DNA of 64,000 nucleotides, taken from assembly GCA_038845975.1 (NCBI GenBank), contig JAWBQF010000001.1, positions 1 to 64,000 on the forward strand, given 5' to 3'. Both the position numbers and the translations under genes were made by a program. The stretch's first letter is position 1, and each line of letters opens with the position of its first letter. Positions 50,681 to 60,722 of the stretch are shown piece after piece. The notes under the pieces were generated by a model that saw only the letters and a list, made by a program, of their open reading frames with translations, did not search any database and was not told the origin of the DNA. This DNA is from Candidatus Methanomethylicia archaeon. GTDB taxonomy: Archaea; Thermoproteota; Methanomethylicia; CALHIW01.

Positions 50681-52039
50681 TTACTTCATTAATGTATTCC
50701 TCAATATTGTCTCAGCATATTTTAATAGTTTATCTAGATCCTTCAATGTCTTTGCTTCTACTGTAATCTTTATTTGTGGTTGTGTATTTGACGGTCTTAT
50801 AAGAATCCATCCATTATCAAGAATAGCTTTAACCCCGTCGATTTCAATAGTTTTATAACCTTTCTCCTTAAAGTGTTTCTTAATTTTCTCTACAATTTCA
50901 AACTTTAAATTATCGGGGCAGCTATATGTTTTTACTGGTGATGAGTAATATTTAGGTATTTCATCTACAATCTCTGAGAAGCTTTTATTACTTAATGATA
51001 ATATCTCAATCATTTTCATAGCTGCATATATTGAATCGTCAAAGCCATAAGTATCTTTAAAGTAGAAGTGGCTACTTTTCTCCCCTCCGATTTCAGCCTT
51101 TTCGCTAATCATAAGCTGAGTTATATATGCATGTCCTACTCTGCTTTCTATAGGTATTCCACCGAGATCTCTTACGACTTCCTCAACTATTCTTGAACAG
51201 CTTACTTCAAATACTACTTTACCTCTCTTAGTTTTTGGTAGGTAATGTTTTGCAAATATAACCAATGCTATATCTCCTGGAACTATGTTTCCATTATTAT
51301 CTATAAATACTGCTCTATCAGCATCTCCATCAAACCCAATTCCTATATCAAGCTTTTTATCTACAACAAGATCTTTGAGTTGTTTTAATGTTTCATCATT
51401 GGGTTCAGGTATATGTCCTGGAAACCTACCATCAGCTTCTCCATTTAAAACCAAATATTTGCATTTAGCTATTTCTAATAGTCTTGGAACTACAAATACT
51501 CCAGCACCATTACTTAAGTCAACACCAACTTTTAAGCTACGTTTAATCTTAATTAGCCTCATAATGAAACTCACATAGTCATCTATTATGTTGTAGTATC
51601 TTGTAGCAATTCCTCTTGAAGCATTTGGTTTTAGATTTGGATTTAATGTAAGGCTTTTAATATTTTCCATCCCAATTCCTTCACCTATAACTAGTCCTCT
51701 TTCCCTACATAGCTTAAACCCATTCCATTCAGGTGGATTATGACTAGCAGTAACCATTACTCCACCGTCATATCCACCATGAACTATTGAGAAGTAAAGT
51801 ATCGGAGTTGCAACAATTCCAATATCTACTACGTAGCATCCAGCATCTATAACTCCATTAATGAAGTTGTTTTTTAGGGATTCTCCACTAATCCTAACAT
51901 CACTACCTATGGTTATTCTTTTTCCCTTCCCAATGTATTTCCCGTAAGCTAAACCAATCCTATATGCATCATCATCTGTTAGGTCAATACCGTATACCCC
52001 ACGTATATCATAAGCTCTAAATATACTATCCTTAACCAT
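50681..52039 (-). CDS. Phosphomannomutase/phosphoglucomutase
   Basis: FRAYDIRG, TASHNP, FDGDADR, GEKSSH, IRPSNTQP. Confidence 0.95.
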   Translation of the reverse strand: MVKDSIFRAYDIRGVYGIDLTDDDAYRIGLAYGKYIGKGKRITIGSDVRISGESLKNNFINGVIDAGCYVVDIGIVATPILYFSIVHGGYDGGVMVTASHNPPEWNGFKLCRERGLVIGEGIGMENIKSLTLNPNLKPNASRGIATRYYNIIDDYVSFIMRLIKIKRSLKVGVDLSNGAGVFVVPRLLEIAKCKYLVLNGEADGRFPGHIPEPNDETLKQLKDLVVDKKLDIGIGFDGDADRAVFIDNNGNIVPGDIALVIFAKHYLPKTKRGKVVFEVSCSRIVEEVVRDLGGIPIESRVGHAYITQLMISEKAEIGGEKSSHFYFKDTYGFDDSIYAAMKMIEILSLSNKSFSEIVDEIPKYYSSPVKTYSCPDNLKFEIVEKIKKHFKEKGYKTIEIDGVKAILDNGWILIRPSNTQPQIKITVEAKTLKDLDKLLKYAETILRNTLMK

Positions 52040-52082
52040 AAAAATGAAGTTATTAAAGAAATTTAAATGTTATGAAGTATTA

Positions 52083-52604
52083 TCAATACTTTTCTAAGTG
52101 TATTTTTCTTGATAACGGTATTCTTTCAGGTTTAAGTGGTTTTTCAGCCGGTATTCCAATAGGTATTATAGCTACAGGTCTAACATGTTCTGGTATGTTG
52201 AGGATTTGTGAAACTTTTCTCTCACTAAATGCTCCAATCCAGCATGCTCCATAACCTAGAGCATATGCTGCTAGAATTAATCCATATGTTGCTGCAGCTG
52301 TATCTTGAATACAGTATAGGTTTTCCCCTCTATCTCCATAACGTGATGATGATATACGTTTATTAGCGCATACAACCACGACTATAGGCGCCCCACTTAT
52401 AAAATCTTGTCCGTAAGCTGCATCAACAAGCTTCCTCTTAGTTTCTTCGTTTTTAACTATTACAAACTCCCATGGTTGAAGATTTCCAGCTGATGGTGCC
52501 TGGATAGCATAATCCAAGATTTTCATTAAGTCTTCTTCAGGAATTGGACTACTTTTAAAACTTCTTATACTTGTCCTTTCATAAATAGCTTTAAATAAAT
52601 CCAT
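52083..52604 (-). CDS. Nitroreductase family protein
   Basis: RTSIRSF, APSAGNLQPWEF, GYGACWIGAF. Confidence 0.95.
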   Translation of the reverse strand: MDLFKAIYERTSIRSFKSSPIPEEDLMKILDYAIQAPSAGNLQPWEFVIVKNEETKRKLVDAAYGQDFISGAPIVVVVCANKRISSSRYGDRGENLYCIQDTAAATYGLILAAYALGYGACWIGAFSERKVSQILNIPEHVRPVAIIPIGIPAEKPLKPERIPLSRKIHLEKY

Positions 52605-52857
52605 CCTCCCACTAGTTTCTGTAGTTTAGATACTATATTAGGTTTTCGACAAATTACTAGCGACTTTAATGAACCCTAAATATGGAAGGTATATGTGTTA
52701 ATGGCTAGTTAACAAGATGTTACTAGTATAGAACGTCTCGTGAACTTAAGCAATCACCATACTCCCCATATCTAAAGCTAACGGAGCTGTCTAGAGTTCA
52801 TGTAAACTTGATATGCCCATTAATAAATAATTTGCAGATCCTATATGGCTTAGCATA

Positions 52858-53343
52858 TTAACGTTTATAGCCTATATCTCTTAAGAACTTTTTCCGTTCC
52901 TCCTTCTCTTTTTCTCCCTCTACACCTTTAGATTTAAATCCATCAACAACCCCAAGGATCCCTCTTCCATTTTCAGTTTCAGCAATTATAACTTCAACAG
53001 GATTTGCTGTTGCACAATATATAGTACATACTTCTTGAATGTTTTTTATAGTATTCAGAACATTTATTGGATATATGTTTCCAAGAACAATTATGAAAAA
53101 ATGTCCAGAGCTTACTGCTAAAGCATTTTTAACAGCTATATTTTCTAGTTCAGAATCTGTTCCATCATGTCTTATAAGGCATGGTCCTGAAGACTCGCAG
53201 AATGCAACTCCAAATTTGGCTCCAGGTACTGATGTTACTATTGCCTCATAAATGTCCTCGACAGTCTTAATAAAATGGGACTGCCCAAGAACAACATTAC
53301 ATCCCTTAGGAAAATCTATTTTAACAGTTTTTATTTCAACCAT
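52858..53343 (-). CDS. Adenosine-specific kinase family (DUF355)
   Basis: GQSHFIKTVED, FG.AFCESSG, YPINVLN, CATANP, RGILGVVDG, IGYKR. Confidence 0.92.
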   Translation of the reverse strand: MVEIKTVKIDFPKGCNVVLGQSHFIKTVEDIYEAIVTSVPGAKFGVAFCESSGPCLIRHDGTDSELENIAVKNALAVSSGHFFIIVLGNIYPINVLNTIKNIQEVCTIYCATANPVEVIIAETENGRGILGVVDGFKSKGVEGEKEKEERKKFLRDIGYKR

Positions 53344-53445
53344 AAATTTTCTAGTATTCAGCCTCTCAAATACTTTTCCACTAAATTATTGAAGGCCGCG
53401 AAGTTATATAAAATCTGTAGAGTAGTAGTGTTGAGAGGTGTTCTT

Positions 53446-54090
53446 ATGTCTAGGAAATTTGCTAAGAAGTGGGTTAGTGAGCCTAGTAAATCAATGATTG
53501 AAAGAATCATGGAGACTGTTCATCCAAGTCCAAGTCTAAGAGAGAAACTTGCACAGACATTGTATAGAATTTCTATATTAAAATCCAGGCTTGAGCAGGA
53601 ATCATATAAGCTTCAACAACGTGATAAAGAGCTATTTAATAAATGTGTTGATGCGTTATCTTCTAAAGATGAATTAAGAGCTAAAATCTATGCTACTGAA
53701 TGTGCTGAAGTTAGGAAGACCGCTTCTCTCATATTGAGAAGTCAGCTTGCACTTGAACAAGTTCATTTAAGACTTCAAACAATACAGGAGTTTGGAGATA
53801 TTACAGCTATTATTGCTCCAGTAACTAAGGTTGTTAGCGCTGTTAGGAGTCAGCTTTCAGGAATTATGCCTCAAGTAAGTTATGAGCTTAGCGAAGTAGG
53901 TGAGACCTTGAACTCGATAATGATTGATGCTGGAGTAGCTATTTCTGGAGGTATTGAAATAGAGGCTTCAAGCGAGGCACAAAGTATTCTAAGTGAAGCA
54001 TCAATAGTTGCTGAGCAGAGAATGAGAGAAAAGTTCCCTGAAATACCTGTTTCACAGGCAATACCTGGAAGTGAGAAAACTGGAGGTTGA
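53446..54090 (+). CDS. cdvB: ESCRT-III (Snf7) CdvB paralog without wHTH (CdvB1/2-like)
   Basis: RD.ELF.KCV, A.IYATECAEVRK, LE.V.LRLQT, EA..IL.EA...AE, FPEIP; gaggtg SD before ATG 53446. Confidence 0.9.
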   Translation: MSRKFAKKWVSEPSKSMIERIMETVHPSPSLREKLAQTLYRISILKSRLEQESYKLQQRDKELFNKCVDALSSKDELRAKIYATECAEVRKTASLILRSQLALEQVHLRLQTIQEFGDITAIIAPVTKVVSAVRSQLSGIMPQVSYELSEVGETLNSIMIDAGVAISGGIEIEASSEAQSILSEASIVAEQRMREKFPEIPVSQAIPGSEKTGG

Positions 54091-54095
54091 TTTAA

Positions 54096-54767
54096 ATGTT
54101 GTTTGATAATATTAAGCATTTCTTATCGAAAACCATTAAGGATAGCTATGGAAGAGATGTTGGGCAACTTATATGTATAAACCCAAATACTAAGAATGAA
54201 GTTGTATCTCTTAAGCTTAAACTAAGTGATAGAAACTTTACCCAGTTTCCAATTAGATATTTTAGGCTTGAAGGTAATCAGTTAATATTCTTATATGATT
54301 GGATGATAGATTCCGAGGATTTAATTAAAGAGTTTACATTATTATCGAAAAGAATGGAGGCACTTGAAGGTCTTCTCAGTAAAGGTGAAGTTTCAAAGGA
54401 GGTTTACGACGAGCTTAACAATATCTTTTCAAAACAATATGATACTCTTAAGGAAAAGCAGGAAAGCCTTATTAAGGAGCTCTCCAGAAACCTTGAAGAG
54501 ATAGAAAATAGTATTAAGGAGCTAAATATTGCTCTTGCAGTTGTCAAAATGCAGAGAGTTCTGAAAGAAATTGATGAGGAAACATTTAAAAGCATAAGTC
54601 TAACCATCCAAACAGGTATTAATAAAGCCATAGCTGAGAAAAAAGATATTGAGCAGACAATTCAGAGAATAAAGAATCTATCAACTAAACCTATACAGCA
54701 TCCAGTTGTTGATTCTAAGAAGGAAGGTAGAACTGAACAACCATTAACTGTTCAGGTAATTGATTAG
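54096..54767 (+). CDS. cdvA: Cell division protein CdvA
   Basis: PRC-barrel start (KDSYGRDVG), W, RM.ALE.L..KGE.S...Y, coiled coil, C-terminal PLTVQV strand. Confidence 0.85.
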   Translation: MLFDNIKHFLSKTIKDSYGRDVGQLICINPNTKNEVVSLKLKLSDRNFTQFPIRYFRLEGNQLIFLYDWMIDSEDLIKEFTLLSKRMEALEGLLSKGEVSKEVYDELNNIFSKQYDTLKEKQESLIKELSRNLEEIENSIKELNIALAVVKMQRVLKEIDEETFKSISLTIQTGINKAIAEKKDIEQTIQRIKNLSTKPIQHPVVDSKKEGRTEQPLTVQVID

Positions 54768-55638
54768 TAGTGTGATGGCCCCTATGACCAGATGGACTAA
54801 GAATAATGGTTCAGGTAGACTTGGAGAAGTTAGTAAGAAAATGCTTAGTAGATTTAGGAGGGGTCAATCATTAAAGGAGAAAATAGATTTTGCTATTATA
54901 AGACTTAAATCACAGCTTGAAAAACTTGAACAAACAGGATTTAAGCTTGAGAACAGAGATAAGGAAATGTTTCAGAAGGCTGTTAATGCAATTACAAGTA
55001 AGGATTTTGCACATGCAGTAATATATGCTACTGAATGTGCCGAAATTAGGAAAATGGCTAAAATAGTTCTATCAACTCAGCTTGCTATTGAAAGAGTAAT
55101 ACTTAGACTACAGACTGTTGAAAGCCTAGGAGAACTTATAGTTGCTATGGGTCCAGTTGTAGGTGTTGTTAGACAGCTTAAGGATCAAATTATAGGTATT
55201 ATGCCTGAAATCTCTTTCGAGCTTGAGAACGTAAACTCTATGCTTAGTGGTCTTGTAGTTGAAGCAGGATTATCTGATGTAAAATCTATTGAGGTAAATG
55301 TTGAAAACCCTGAGGCGAAACGAATAATTGATGAAGCCAGCCTAATAGCTGAACAAAGAATAAATGAAAGATTTCCTTCGCCTCCATCACTACCAATACT
55401 TGAAAAGCAGCAAGAAAGAATATTGGAGGCTGAAAGTATATCTCTAGATACCGTTAAGCCCATAAACTTAAATATTAACAAGTCTACAACCATAGATGAT
55501 GACTTGATAGAGTATATTAGAATGAAAGGCTCTCAGATAAGCATATCCGAATGTGCAAAGGAGCTTAAAGTATCTCCTGATGATGTTAGGAGGGCATTAT
55601 TTAGGCTTCATGAGTCTGGAAAAATTGAGATAAAGTAA
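54760..55638 (+). CDS. cdvB: Cell division protein CdvB (ESCRT-III with MIM2-like segment and C-terminal wHTH)
   Basis: Snf7 core as above, FPSPPSLP, C-terminal YI...G..I.ISECAKEL.VS...V..AL..L...G.I. Confidence 0.9.
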   Translation: MISSVMAPMTRWTKNNGSGRLGEVSKKMLSRFRRGQSLKEKIDFAIIRLKSQLEKLEQTGFKLENRDKEMFQKAVNAITSKDFAHAVIYATECAEIRKMAKIVLSTQLAIERVILRLQTVESLGELIVAMGPVVGVVRQLKDQIIGIMPEISFELENVNSMLSGLVVEAGLSDVKSIEVNVENPEAKRIIDEASLIAEQRINERFPSPPSLPILEKQQERILEAESISLDTVKPINLNINKSTTIDDDLIEYIRMKGSQISISECAKELKVSPDDVRRALFRLHESGKIEIK

Positions 55639-55652
55639 CTTAGTGGAGATTT

Positions 55653-56786
55653 ATGGCTGCAGAAGAACTTGAAGCTATGGCTGCAAGATACGCTAAAGAA
55701 GCAATGCAGCTTGATAGCCAAGGCTCAAGGGGATTAGCTATTCAAAAATATCGTAGAGCTGTTGAAATACTACTAAAGCTTGTTAATTTATATCCTAATA
55801 CACCCCATGCAAGAATATATCTTGAAAGAGTTAAGCAATATCAGGATAGAATAAATGATCTTCAATCTCAAATATCTTCTCAAATACCTATTGAAAAAGC
55901 ATCACCAGGTTCTGAGGCAAGATATGATCAGCTTGTATTAAAAGAAAAGCCTAACGTAAAATGGGGTGATGTTATTGATCTTGAGGTTGTTAAGAGAGCA
56001 TTACGTGAAGCTATAGTCTACCCTACATTACGTCCAGATTTATTTCCTCTAGGTTGGCCTAGAGGAATACTATTGTTCGGTCCTCCTGGATGTGGTAAAA
56101 CATATATAGCTGCTGCAGCAGCCACAGAAATAGATGCTATATTCTATGTTGTTGATGCAGCAAGTATAATGTCTAAATGGCTTGGAGAATCTGAAAAAAA
56201 TATTGCAATATTGTTTAATGATGCTAGAAAGATTGCAGAAAGCGGTAAACCAGTAGTTATATTTATAGATGAAATAGACTCACTAACAGGTATAAGAATA
56301 CAGGAAGTTGGAGGTGAAGTTAGAGCACGAAATCAACTTCTTAAGGAGATGGATAGCATCCACGATAAAAGTAAAAATTACCAAGTATACGTTGTAGGAG
56401 CAACTAATAAGCCATGGGCTCTTGACGATCCATTTATTAGAAGATTTCAAAAAAGAATTTATGTACCATTACCTGACTATACAGCTAGAATTGCACTATT
56501 TAAATTATATACAAAAAACCTAAAGCTTGACTCAGATATTGACTTTAAAGAACTTGCAAAGAAGTGTGACGGATATTCCGCAGCTGATATAAGAGATATA
56601 TGTCAAGGTGTACAGATAAAGGTTGTAAGGGAGTTTTTTGAGTCAAATGATGATATTAGTAAGGGTGAGCCACGCCTAATAAGAATGGATGACTTTCTTA
56701 GTGTTATAAGTGGGAGGAAGCCTAGCGTTTCAAGAGAAATCATTAAAGCTTATGAAAAATGGCTAGAACAATATGTTGCATTGTAA
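55653..56786 (+). CDS. cdvC: Cell division AAA+ ATPase CdvC/Vps4
   Basis: N-terminal MIT domain, FPLGWPRGILLFGPPGCGKT, SKWLGESEK, FIDEID, ATNKPW.LD, RRFQKRIY. Confidence 0.95.
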   Translation: MAAEELEAMAARYAKEAMQLDSQGSRGLAIQKYRRAVEILLKLVNLYPNTPHARIYLERVKQYQDRINDLQSQISSQIPIEKASPGSEARYDQLVLKEKPNVKWGDVIDLEVVKRALREAIVYPTLRPDLFPLGWPRGILLFGPPGCGKTYIAAAAATEIDAIFYVVDAASIMSKWLGESEKNIAILFNDARKIAESGKPVVIFIDEIDSLTGIRIQEVGGEVRARNQLLKEMDSIHDKSKNYQVYVVGATNKPWALDDPFIRRFQKRIYVPLPDYTARIALFKLYTKNLKLDSDIDFKELAKKCDGYSAADIRDICQGVQIKVVREFFESNDDISKGEPRLIRMDDFLSVISGRKPSVSREIIKAYEKWLEQYVAL

Positions 56787-56957
56787 ATTTCAAGCTTAGT
56801 ACTTAGAAACTAAGTAAATATGATTAGTTTAATGACTGAATCAATTAAAAAGCTTCTCAATAAAATTCACCAATACCTCCTCCTACAACTCTAATATAGC
56901 TTATCAAATCTATGAATTAATCCGCGTATATGTTTAACTTCTTATAGAATATACTTC

Positions 56958-57696
56958 GAAATGTTTCAAATATATTACGCTTTTCATAGTCTACATTTCA
57001 TGTAAACTATTATACATGTGAGTATTATCGTTGTTCTTTGAATATTTTTAGTTATGCATTAAATTTTCTATTATTGACATCGTTCTCCTATAGCTTTTTC
57101 ATTGTATGAACCATTCCTCTTTTCCATTCCTCGAGTTTAGATGGTTTGCTTCTACTTCATTACTCCTTAACTTATCTGTACCCTATACTGAGTTTCTATA
57201 AAGTCCTTAGACTTATACTCAATATTATCGTAAAGTTCTCTAAAGGCTTTTGAGTCATGAGTATTGTCGAGACTTATTGCTGTAATAATTGGTAAAGAGC
57301 TTTTATCAATAATTACATGGATCTTCATACCTTCCCTTCCTATGTTTAAATCAATCATAACCCATCATCTTACCCTATTTTTAGCCTTTATGGTTATACT
57401 ATTTATTACTCACTTCTTTAGGTATAAAATGTCTAATATTCTATACACCATTCTCTTGAAGTCTTCCAACATCCTTCATACAGTAACATAGGAACCATAT
57501 TTAACAAGACACATCCATTCATCTATAACCAGTATTAACCGCGTATAGAATGTCATAATCGTTGATTTATCATTAACCATATGTCTACCACCTTTAGTAA
57601 ACCTAAGAGGAAGAGAAGGTCTAATAAGTCCACTCAAAATCACTAAACTCCATAAAACATTAGAAAACAAAACTCAAATATTTTGAAACTATTTTC
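56958..57696 (-). mobile_element. Degraded IS5-family element
   Basis: Fragments MEFSDFEW, LIRPSLP..GR..ND, ILYAVNTGYR, KYGSYVTV, GMKIHVIIDKSSLP, NTHDSK; imperfect IR gaaatgtttcaaatat / atattttgaaactatttt. Confidence 0.75.
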
Positions 57697-57699
57697 CTA

Positions 57700-57806
57700 A
57701 ACATACCATAATAGTATCCTTACCACCCTAGGGAATTCATGTTCATAAATCATAACAATATAGAATAAAAACACCTCTAAATAAAACTTCTAAAGTTGAC
57801 GGGACA
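57700..57806 (-). repeat. End of an element related to 19386-19983
   Basis: Reverse strand tgtcccgtcaactttagaagttttattt... aligns with 19386-19480. Confidence 0.7.
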
Positions 57807-57933
57807 AATACTTCTGGGCATGGCAACTTAGCATATTATAACTTCTTTTTTCTTAGTTGTCAGATACAATACTTCTAAACGAAAAGTATAAATTGGGGTT
57901 TACTAATAATTTCTTGAACTATTATTTGGGGGT

Positions 57934-58254
57934 TTGGACTTCTTGGCATATAAGCGTTGCACTCCTACATGCTCATTCTTCAGATGTGGAAGAAAGGCTC
58001 TACTTAATGGTAGAAAATTAAGAAACCCAAAGATTATGTGTTCATGGGCTGGGGATGAATGTAAAGGTTCACTATGTAATTACGCCTTTTGTGAACGTAG
58101 ATTAATGTTAACGGATGGTCTCTGTGGATTGGAGGAGCGTAAAGGAGAGAAACATATAAAATCTCTTGAAGAAGAAGCTGAAGAATTAGGAAGAAGTCTT
58201 AAATCAGCTCAGGAAAAGCTTAAAAGATCCGGTATGAGAGAGCTTATGATTTAA
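57934..58254 (+). CDS. Cys-rich hypothetical (metal-binding) protein; likely start TTG 57943
   Basis: Eight Cys: CTPTC.FFRC...C.W.GD.C.G..C.YAFC......DG.CG. Confidence 0.75.
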   Translation: MDFLAYKRCTPTCSFFRCGRKALLNGRKLRNPKIMCSWAGDECKGSLCNYAFCERRLMLTDGLCGLEERKGEKHIKSLEEEAEELGRSLKSAQEKLKRSGMRELMI

Positions 58255-58302
58255 TTTTCTAAAACTATTTATAATTTAAAACATAAGTAATCTAGGATTC
58301 CT

Positions 58303-58833
58303 ATGTGTATTATAGGTAGAAATGAACTGTTAAAATTAATATCTAAATATAAATGTATACATCCATTTAATGAGTTATTAATGGATGGGGACGGCTATGT
58401 TTTATCTGTTAGAGAAGATGTACTATTAAACTATCTTGAACATAAAAATATAGTATCACATGAAATAGTATTTACACCACCGAATTTTGTAGCTCATTTA
58501 ACTGCAAAAAGTAAGTATGGTAGATTAGGTCTTTCATTTCTTAATGCTGCAAAGGTACACAGTGGATTTGTAGGTAGGCTTGCACTTGAACTTGTTAACT
58601 TAAACAATACTAGAGAACCCATAGTGATTAAAAGAGGTGACCCATTCATGCATATAGAATTTATAACTAGACACGGTGATCCATCACCATATCTTGGTCC
58701 ATATATGTTTCAATACATGGATGATGAAGAAGTTGAAATGTATATATCTATTCTCATAGAGAATTTTTCTGAATGCTTTAATAAGGAGAAACTGAAAGAA
58801 CTTGCAAGAAATAGAGTTTTAAGAGACTTCTAA
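58303..58833 (+). CDS. dCTP deaminase/dUTPase superfamily protein, divergent
   Basis: KSKYGRLGL, V.SGF.G.L.LEL.N, I..GD.F.HI.F, PY.G.Y..Q. Confidence 0.8.
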   Translation: MCIIGRNELLKLISKYKCIHPFNELLMDGDGYVLSVREDVLLNYLEHKNIVSHEIVFTPPNFVAHLTAKSKYGRLGLSFLNAAKVHSGFVGRLALELVNLNNTREPIVIKRGDPFMHIEFITRHGDPSPYLGPYMFQYMDDEEVEMYISILIENFSECFNKEKLKELARNRVLRDF

Positions 58834-59261
58834 ATACATAAATTAATCAACTAATATAGCCGTGCTTGCTAACTTTAGATGCTATATCATTTCTATCATT
58901 TCTCTTGCTAATACCTTCATTATTCACCTTAATTCTCTATTTCTATATGGTGTCTTACTTATTTAGTGATGTGTATAGTCCTTCTAATTATAATATTATG
59001 CTACATTATTATTCTTTAGCGCGATGACATGAGAAGAAATTAAGCTTGTAGTATCTAAGTCATTTTGTGAGTGCCTATATTGGTTTGAATGTTTATAGAA
59101 GTTTCATTACTGTTCCTGATATAAGTAGTAGGGTTTTTATTCAGTTTGGGAATAGAGAGATTCTAGGTTTTCTTGAATTGATGTTTTGAAGATGATCAAT
59201 AATAATATTAAGCCACATGAAACTGTATAAAATTCACGAATTACTAGAGATAATTTAGCTG

Positions 59262-59435
59262 AGCCTTGCGAAATTTAGATATGAAAGTATTTGTGGTTAA
59301 TGATTTTGAATTCATGAAATAATTGACAGGCAAAAAATGTTTAGTATTTTAAAATTGCCGGTCAATTCTAAACTCTAATTGAAACTTAATTGGAAATATA
59401 GCTAGAGATAATAAACCGCTTAAGTTCACAAAGCT
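59262..59435. mobile_element. Possible decayed MITE with IS6-like ends
   Basis: agccttgcgaaattt / taagttcacaaagct (11/15 IR match); no clear TSD. Confidence 0.4.
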
Positions 59436-59479
59436 GATTCTTATCAAGATAAGTTTATAAGTCAGTAGTTTATGATATA

Positions 59480-59554
59480 TTAGACTGGTTGTAATGGGGC
59501 TCTTTGTCTTCTTTACAACCAGTACTAACCCATAAATGGGTAACCGTGAGGTGA
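59480..59554 (+). promoter_or_regulatory. Structured 5' UTR of the TRAM gene (two hairpins, then SD)
   Basis: TATA tttataa 59454-59460; stem actggttgtaa (59484-59494)/ttacaaccagt (59513-59523); acccat/atgggt; gaggtga 59548-59554. Confidence 0.6.
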
Positions 59555-59559
59555 GTATA

Positions 59560-59781
59560 TTGGAAGGTAGGAGAAGAACTTTTGGAAAGTCGTTTCCATC
59601 AAAGCCAGTAGAACAGGGGAAAGAATATGAAGTAGATATTAAGGAAGTAAGTCAGCGTGGAGATGGTGTTGCTAGAGTGAAAGGATTTGTAGTATTTGTT
59701 CCTGGAACAAAGCCTGGTGATCATGTTAAGGTTAGAATTACAAATGTTGCGAAAAGGTTTGCTGTCGGTGAAGTGATTTAG
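59560..59781 (+). CDS. Single TRAM-domain RNA chaperone (ORF track start 59536; SD favours TTG 59560)
   Basis: KPVE.GKEY.V.I......GDGVARV.GFVVFVPGT.PGD.V.VRI..V...FA.GEV. Confidence 0.93.
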   Translation: MEGRRRTFGKSFPSKPVEQGKEYEVDIKEVSQRGDGVARVKGFVVFVPGTKPGDHVKVRITNVAKRFAVGEVI

Positions 59782-59825
59782 TGAAATAGTTTAATAGAGT
59801 TCGATGATGTGTGGACATTAATGTT

Positions 59826-60065
59826 TTATTTACTATTTTTTACTTTAACTACTGATAAAGCATCATCAATCATCTTCTTCTTAACCATTTCCTCATAAAT
59901 TCTCCATACACGTTTAACAGTAATGTGTTTTGTATTAAATCCCTCTTTACTGAGTTTATCAATAACTGTCTCATAGAATGTTTGAGGGTCAACTAAAAAG
60001 TATTCATAAATCACGCTTCTAATAGCATTCATTAAATCTTTACCATATGGATATTTTCGTTTCAT
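59826..60065 (-). CDS. Small hypothetical protein (helical, possibly wHTH-like)
   Basis: 79 aa; GF....T.KRVWRIYEEMV...I.D.L.VV. Confidence 0.7.
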   Translation of the reverse strand: MKRKYPYGKDLMNAIRSVIYEYFLVDPQTFYETVIDKLSKEGFNTKHITVKRVWRIYEEMVKKKMIDDALSVVKVKNSK

Positions 60066-60165
60066 TTCAAGTATTATGAGTTAATTAAGCTAATAAATTC
60101 CTCTATAAGGAAGCCATTTATACTTTTACTTTGGACATAAAGCTTAATATTTATCCTGTTGTTAG

Positions 60166-60717
60166 CTATGCCTTCCACCATTTAAATACATAGTAGTTGA
60201 TTTCTCTTGTTTTTTGATTTATACAAGCTATGATAAACTTCTTCTTTACGCTATGGCTTAATCGTCCAGCTCTAACTATTTCGATCGGGTCTATTGTTGT
60301 TTCCGGCTGGAATACATGTACTAGAAAGGGGGCGTGATCTATTCCTGGTCCATATTTGTATACAGCAAATGTTGTTCCGAATTTTAAACCTGGTTTAATT
60401 ATGTATCCTTTAAGTCTAAGATCCTCATATACATGATATACGTCTCTAAATCTTGTAAACCATTTTTCTGCTCTTTCAATAAGTTCATTACAGCTTAGCT
60501 CCCTTTCATCTTCATATATCTTTATGATTTTATTTTTACACAGGTAGACGGCTTCAATTAATGATAGTTCTAATGGGGCTCTAAACTCTAAGTCCTTAAC
60601 CTTTCTAATACCTAGAGGCTTACCATAGAATCCACTTCTATATAGTCTATTTGCTGCTTCAATATCCCATACTACAACTCTACTTCCTACAAGATCGGCT
60701 CTTATCTTTTCAATCAT
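60166..60717 (-). CDS. endA: tRNA-splicing endonuclease, catalytic subunit
   Basis: FYGKPLG, LSLIEA.YL, VY.DLR..GY, GLKFG..F.VY..GPGIDHAP, RAGRLSHSVKK (Y/H/K triad). Confidence 0.95.
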   Translation of the reverse strand: MIEKIRADLVGSRVVVWDIEAANRLYRSGFYGKPLGIRKVKDLEFRAPLELSLIEAVYLCKNKIIKIYEDERELSCNELIERAEKWFTRFRDVYHVYEDLRLKGYIIKPGLKFGTTFAVYKYGPGIDHAPFLVHVFQPETTIDPIEIVRAGRLSHSVKKKFIIACINQKTREINYYVFKWWKA

Positions 60718-60722
60718 GTGAT

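Noticed and set aside
53275-53445. 57-aa N-terminal extension of the first cdvB in the ORF track
   Set aside because: Overlaps the divergent DUF355 gene and the promoter; TATA and SD point to ATG 53446
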